This document shows positions 58,635-62,706 of a stretch of 62,706 bases of DNA, one piece after another. The translations under genes were made by a program, and so were the position numbers. The DNA comes from an uncultured Bacteriovoracaceae bacterium (GTDB lineage Bacteria; Desulfobacterota; Desulfomonilia; UBA1062). Numbering within the stretch: position 1 is the stretch's first letter; every line of letters begins with the position of its first letter. The notes beneath the pieces were generated by a model that searched no databases, was not told the DNA's origin, and worked only from the letters and a program-made list of their open reading frames with translations. The stretch lies in NCBI GenBank assembly GCA_964572405.1, contig CAZNGL010000003.1, positions 1-62,706 on the forward strand, read 5' to 3'.

Positions 58635-58860
58635 CGACAAGCTCAAGGCCTACGCATCCATCGTGTTCGACGACTGCTTCGTTATCCGCGACCTTCGGGT
58701 CATCAGCGGCACCACCGGGTTGTTCGTTGCCATGCCTTCCCGGAAGAGGAAGGACGGGTCGTTCCGGGACACCGCGCACCCCCTGAACATGGAGACCAGA
58801 GACAAGATAGAGAAATCCATTCTCGAGAGCTATGAACTAAAGATTGCCAACGAAGTGTAA
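58594..58860 (+). CDS. spoVG: SpoVG family nucleic-acid-binding protein
   Basis: MEITEVKV...LKAYASIVFDDCFVIRDLRVI-x-G-x2-GLFVAMPSRK...FRDTAHPLN. Confidence 0.93.
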   Translation: MEITEVKVFPVKDNDKLKAYASIVFDDCFVIRDLRVISGTTGLFVAMPSRKRKDGSFRDTAHPLNMETRDKIEKSILESYELKIANEV

Positions 58861-58872
58861 TTCTACTATAGT
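58844..58872 (+). promoter_or_regulatory. Sigma70 promoter for tRNA-Gln/prs
   Basis: TTGCCA-N17-TATAGT, 39 nt upstream of the tRNA. Confidence 0.6.
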
Positions 58873-58911
58873 GCGCTCCCGGTAACCGGATGGATGGCTT
58901 CCAATGGGTAC

Positions 58912-58985
58912 TGGGATGTCGTCTAATGGCAGGACACGAGATTTTGGATCTCGTTATGGAGGTTCGAATCCTCCCGTCCCAGCCA
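58912..58985 (+). tRNA. tRNA-Gln(UUG)
   Basis: Acceptor stem TGGGATG/CGTCCCA, anticodon stem CGAGA/TCTCG with loop TT-TTG-GA, GGTTCGAATCC T-arm, encoded CCA. Confidence 0.97.
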
Positions 58986-59163
58986 CGATTTCTCAAGCAA
59001 GACTGTCTGCGCGAAGCGATTCGCTTTGCATCCCGGTAACCGGAGAAGCACCCAGGACGGGCGGGGTACATCCCCACGAGCAAGACGCAGTACGGCTCAC
59101 ACCCAGATCTGGCGGCCGATGGCCGTCAATCCCGTTCCATCCTGCACCGGAAAGGAAGGCGCT

Positions 59164-60105
59164 ATGAACTCGAGCATCTGTATCCTTGCAGGGAATTCCC
59201 ACCGTAAGCTCACCGAGAGCATCTGTGCGATCCTCGACTGCCCGGTGGGTCGTGGCGAAGTGAAGCGGTTTTCCGACGGAGAGACGTCGGTGGACATCCA
59301 CGAGAGCATCCGCGGGAAGGACATCTTCATCGTTCAGTCCACCTGCTCCCCCACCAACGAGCACCTCATGGAACTCCTGGTCATGCTCGACGCCACGAAG
59401 CGCGCCTCAGCGAAGCGGATCACCGCGGTCATGCCCTACTTCGGATACGCCCGCCAGGATCGCAAGGCATCACCCCGGGCTCCCATCACGGCAAAGCTCG
59501 TGGCCAACCTGCTCACCGTGTCCGGGGCGGACAGGGTGCTCACCATGGATCTCCATGCAGGGCAGATCCAGGGGTTCTTCGATATCCCGGTGGACAACCT
59601 CTATGCAAAGCCCGTCATGCTGAGCTACATCCGCGACAAGTTCCCGGACGATCTCTGCATCGTGGCCCCCGACGCGGGCGGCGTGGAGAGGGCACGGGCG
59701 TATGCCAAGCCCCTCAAGGCCGATCTCGCCATCATCGACAAGAGGCGGGAGCGGGCCAACGAATCCAATGTGATGCACATCATCGGCGATGTGAAGAACA
59801 AGATCTGTCTCATCGTGGACGACATCGTGGATACCGCAGGCACGCTCACCAACGGCGTCAGCGCGCTCATGGACGCCGGCGCGAGCAAGGTCGTGGCATG
59901 CTGCACGCACCCGGTGCTGTCCGGGCCCGCCATCAGCCGCCTCACCTCGTCGGCCATCGAGGAACTCATCGTCACCGACACCATCCCCCAGAAGGAAGAG
60001 GCACTGGCGTGCGGCAAGGTCACGGTCCTCACCGTGGCGCCGCTGCTCGCCGAGGCCATCAAGAGGATCTATACGGGCTCATCGGTGAGCGAGCTGTTCC
60101 TCTAA
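59164..60105 (+). CDS. prs: Ribose-phosphate pyrophosphokinase
   Basis: FSDGE, PYFGYARQDRK, DLHAGQIQGFF, VAPDAGG and VDDIVDTAGT motifs. Confidence 0.97.
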   Translation: MNSSICILAGNSHRKLTESICAILDCPVGRGEVKRFSDGETSVDIHESIRGKDIFIVQSTCSPTNEHLMELLVMLDATKRASAKRITAVMPYFGYARQDRKASPRAPITAKLVANLLTVSGADRVLTMDLHAGQIQGFFDIPVDNLYAKPVMLSYIRDKFPDDLCIVAPDAGGVERARAYAKPLKADLAIIDKRRERANESNVMHIIGDVKNKICLIVDDIVDTAGTLTNGVSALMDAGASKVVACCTHPVLSGPAISRLTSSAIEELIVTDTIPQKEEALACGKVTVLTVAPLLAEAIKRIYTGSSVSELFL

Positions 60106-61601
60106 CGGTTGAGCGTTTCAGGCCTGTACTGGAGCGCCTCCGCCACGTGCGATTCCCGGATGTCCGCATGACCATCCAGGTCCGCGATGGTCCGGGAGAC
60201 CTTGATGACCCTGGCCAGCCCCCGCATGCTCAGGCCGTACCGCTTCATGGCAGAGGTCAGCAGCGACCTTGAGGCGTTGTCCAGCGGTGATACGGCTCTC
60301 ATCATGCCCTGTGGGATCGCTGCATTGAGGAAACCCCGTGCGTACTGTTCCGCCCTGGCGACGGCGATCCTGTCCCGGACAGAACCTGACGACGGGTTGC
60401 GGTCGGTTGACAGGGCGTTCTCCGCTTCCACCGGGTCAACCCAGACATGGAGATCGATGCGGTCCAGCAGCGGTCCGGAGATCCGCGACCGGTACCTGTC
60501 CACCAGCTGCGGCGGGCACCTGCACTCCCTCAAGGGGTGCCCCAGGTAGCCGCAGGGGCAGGGGTTCATGGCCGCGATCAGCTGGAAAGCGGCTGGAAAG
60601 GTGAAGGCGGAGCCTGCCCGGGAAACAGTGACGGTGCCGTCTTCCATGGGCTGTCGCAGGGCCTCGAGCGAGCTCCGCCGGAATTCGGGGAACTCGTCCA
60701 GGAACAGCACGCCCGTGTGGGCAAGGCTCACCTCTCCCGGTGTGGGTGTTGCCCCTCCACCGATGAGCCCTGCATCAGAGATGGTGTGGTGGGGAGACCT
60801 GAAGGGCCTGGTCCGGATGATCCCGTTCCTGGGGAGCCTCCCTGCGGCGGAATAGATGGCCGTGCACGCAAGGACCTCGTCGCGGCTCAGCGGGGGGAGG
60901 ATCGAGGGGAGTCTCCTTGCGAGCATGGACTTGCCTGCGCCCGGAGGTCCTGTCATGAGGAGGTTGTGGCCGCCTGCCGCGGCGATCTCCAGGGCGCGCT
61001 TGGCAAGCCCCTGGCCGACGATGTCGGAGAGATCGAGGTCGCAGGCGGCTGGTTCCGGCGCATCCCGGAAGAGCCCCCCCGCGGCGATGCCCTCCCCGGA
61101 CCGCAGGAAGGCGAAGGTCTCCTGCAGGCACTTCACCGGGATGACCTCCACCTCTGCGAGGAACGCCTCCCGCGTGTTCTGTTCGGGGCATATGATGCCC
61201 CTGATGCCCATCCGTCGTGCCAGGAACGCCGCCGAGATGACCCCCCGCACGGGCCGCACGCTGCCGTCGAGGCCGAGTTCGCCCACGATGAGATACTGAT
61301 CCAGAAGGGCTTTCGGGAGGTGCCCCAGGGCGGCGAGGATGGAAACCGCCACCGGGAGGTCGAAGGTGCCGCCCTCCTTCCTCACGTCGGCAGGCGCGAG
61401 GTTCACGGTGATGCGCCGGGGCGGAAACTCGAGACCCGAGTTCTGGATGGCCGATCTCACCCGCTCCCTGCTCTCCTTCACGGCGGAATCGGGCAGACCA
61501 ACGATGGAGATGCTCGGCAGACCTCCCTGGATATCGGCTTCCACCATCACACCAAGCGCATCAGTCCCCCACAGGGTCGCTGAGTGGACGCTTGCAATCA
61601 T
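60102..61601 (-). CDS. YifB/ComM family Mg chelatase-like AAA+ ATPase
   Basis: IVGLPD-x-AVKE, GPPGAGKS, LAHTGVLFLDE, NPCPCG and ISGPLLDRID motifs. Confidence 0.93.
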   Translation of the reverse strand: MIASVHSATLWGTDALGVMVEADIQGGLPSISIVGLPDSAVKESRERVRSAIQNSGLEFPPRRITVNLAPADVRKEGGTFDLPVAVSILAALGHLPKALLDQYLIVGELGLDGSVRPVRGVISAAFLARRMGIRGIICPEQNTREAFLAEVEVIPVKCLQETFAFLRSGEGIAAGGLFRDAPEPAACDLDLSDIVGQGLAKRALEIAAAGGHNLLMTGPPGAGKSMLARRLPSILPPLSRDEVLACTAIYSAAGRLPRNGIIRTRPFRSPHHTISDAGLIGGGATPTPGEVSLAHTGVLFLDEFPEFRRSSLEALRQPMEDGTVTVSRAGSAFTFPAAFQLIAAMNPCPCGYLGHPLRECRCPPQLVDRYRSRISGPLLDRIDLHVWVDPVEAENALSTDRNPSSGSVRDRIAVARAEQYARGFLNAAIPQGMMRAVSPLDNASRSLLTSAMKRYGLSMRGLARVIKVSRTIADLDGHADIRESHVAEALQYRPETLNR

Positions 61602-61609
61602 TACGATGC

Positions 61610-61639
61610 ATTTTACCAGATTCGCGGCAGGAGGTTCAA
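61610..61639 (-). promoter_or_regulatory. Sigma70 promoter for the YifB/ComM gene (likely leaderless)
   Basis: TTGAAC-N18-TAAAAT; the -10 ends 8 nt before ATG 61601 and there is no SD. Confidence 0.5.
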
Positions 61640-61800
61640 GGGCGCAGAAATTGGAACGCCCGGGTGCCCACCCTCGTTGTGTGCCCCAGTAAAACGCACA
61701 GCGCAGGAACTCGTCCTGCTCGTCTGCTCACGGGACACCTCTGCGGTGCGGTGGGAATCCCTGGCCTGAACGATCGGGGGCGCCTCGCATGTCCTGCGCG

Positions 61801-61830
61801 AAAAAGGGCGGGCCATGATAGCCCGCCCTT
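61801..61830 (-). terminator. Intrinsic terminator (minus strand)
   Basis: Perfect 10-bp stem AAGGGCGGGC/GCCCGCCCTT with a 7-nt loop, running into a U tract on the minus strand only. Confidence 0.8.
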
Positions 61831-62009
61831 GGTGAATGCGCAAAGTGCCGGTCCAGCGGCTGGGTTGTGCGGGCCATAGAGTCAGACAGGGTCAGTGGAA
61901 CGTGCCCCGATAGGCCCCACCACGCCTTGCCTCGCCGTGCCTGCCATGCCACGGCTTGCTCTGCCCAGCCTTAACGCGCCTGACCTTTGAGCGATCTTCG
62001 CGCATTCGT
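61801..62009 (-). ncRNA. Candidate structured ncRNA of about 180-210 nt, family not recognised
   Basis: Own promoter and terminator; 12-bp terminal stem (61834-61845 pairs with 61996-62007) plus nested stems; no credible ORF. Confidence 0.6.
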
Positions 62010-62016
62010 GGAATGA

Positions 62017-62044
62017 ATAATAACGTCCAAGCGGGCCCTGTCAA
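62017..62044 (-). promoter_or_regulatory. Sigma70 promoter of the candidate ncRNA
   Basis: TTGACA(62044-62039)-N16-TATTAT(62022-62017); predicted +1 at about 62009. Confidence 0.65.
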
Positions 62045-62189
62045 GGGGGGTGCGGAAAAAAATGAAAATTTTGAGAAATTAAATCATAAACAAATCAAAG
62101 GGATACAAGGCCAGAGAAATGGATAATAATAATTGAACGATAATAACCAGTTAGGTGATTCCAAGGTTTTCGATCAGCACCGGAGGGGT

Positions 62190-62661
62190 TTACGGGCTGA
62201 AGAACCAGGAGAAGAGCATGAGCATGACGGGCAGGCTCACCAGGGAGAACAGGAAGCTCGCCACCATGAACTGGTTCACGATGTTCCGGTTCCCGCCTTC
62301 CCGCTCCACGATGATGGGGACAGCGGTCACCGGTGGTACCGCGGCATGCATCATGATGATGAACGCCACCGGGTAGGGCGGCTTCACGAGCAGGAGCACC
62401 CCGAGGGTGGCAAGGGGGAACACGATGTTCTTCAGGGAGATGAACTTTGCGGTTTCGAGATAGGTGGGCCTCCCGCTCCCCTTCATGTCGATGTAGATGT
62501 TTCCCCCGAGCACGAGCATCAGCAGCGGCACCGCCATGGCCCCCACCAGTTTGAGCCCGTCGGAGAAAAACTTGGGTACCAGCGTTTCCAGGCCTGCCAG
62601 ACGCAGGGTCACGGCCAGGACGGTGGCGATGAGCACCGGGTTGAAGACCTTTGCAGGGTCC
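62190..62661 (-). CDS. AEC (auxin efflux carrier) family transporter, 5' truncated
   Basis: FNPVLIAT...LKLVG-x2-AVPL-x2-LVLG...KNIVFP...AAVPP pattern of AEC permeases; broken by adapter sequence. Confidence 0.8.
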
Positions 62662-62706
62662 AGATCGGAAGAGCGTCGTGTAGGGAAAGAGTGTAGGATA
62701 GGGTGG
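62662..62706 (+). other. Illumina TruSeq adapter contamination (with i5 index)
   Basis: Exact AGATCGGAAGAGCGTCGTGTAGGGAAAGAGTGT at 62662-62694, followed by AGGATAGG (reverse complement of CCTATCCT, the D503 index as I recall it). Confidence 0.97.

Noticed and set aside
61615-61690. TPP riboswitch-like CCCTTGAACC on the minus strand
   Set aside because: The CUGAGA motif and P3/P5 are missing, and the sequence is better explained as the -35 box of the YifB/ComM promoter.
61920-61958. CRISPR or other spacer array
   Set aside because: Units are 4-5 nt with no spacers. No repeat-spacer array or cas gene was seen anywhere in the window.
61801-62009. Retron msr-msd (terminal inverted repeats), SRP, RNase P or tmRNA identity for the candidate RNA
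   Set aside because: No reverse transcriptase is nearby. The SRP GGAA-loop motif, the RNase P GAGGAAAGUCC motif and tRNA-like tmRNA ends are absent.

Overview
GC-rich chromosomal window from a Gram-negative anaerobe that looks deltaproteobacterial (Desulfobacterota-like). That assignment is inferred from gene content and protein style, not from a database search. Layout: (1) 1-7 kb: a partial AmmeMemoRadiSam enzyme, an orphan ABC binding protein, a GNAT, secreted/lipoproteins and a PAS-PAS-LuxR regulator. (2) 7.1-22.1 kb: a tightly coupled 16-gene minus-strand operon for CoA-thioester radical chemistry. It encodes two acyl-CoA dehydrogenase-fold proteins lacking the canonical catalytic Glu, three paralogous all-helical unknown proteins, a TetR, two HgdAB/BcrBC-type pairs, three ATP-dependent activases, and an embedded stand-alone acetyl-CoA-synthase middle-domain protein with a CooC-type ATPase. 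A clear sigma70 promoter with a palindromic operator precedes it. (3) 22.4-24.3 kb: a 4-hydroxybutyryl-CoA dehydratase homolog and two small proteins. (4) 24.7-33.9 kb: an LPS/glycan modification cluster with a radical SAM enzyme. (5) 34-61.6 kb: mostly housekeeping genes (mltG, ruvX, hpt, rpsA, sppA, guaB, dnaE, accA, pilD, ispE, spoVG, tRNA-Gln, prs, YifB/ComM). (6) 61.8-62.0 kb: a candidate ~200-nt structured ncRNA with its own promoter and terminator. The last 45 nt are Illumina TruSeq adapter contamination. No CRISPR array, transposase, integrase or prophage gene was recognised. The best novelty candidates are the mini-ACS/CooC-containing dehydratase/reductase operon and the orphan ncRNA.
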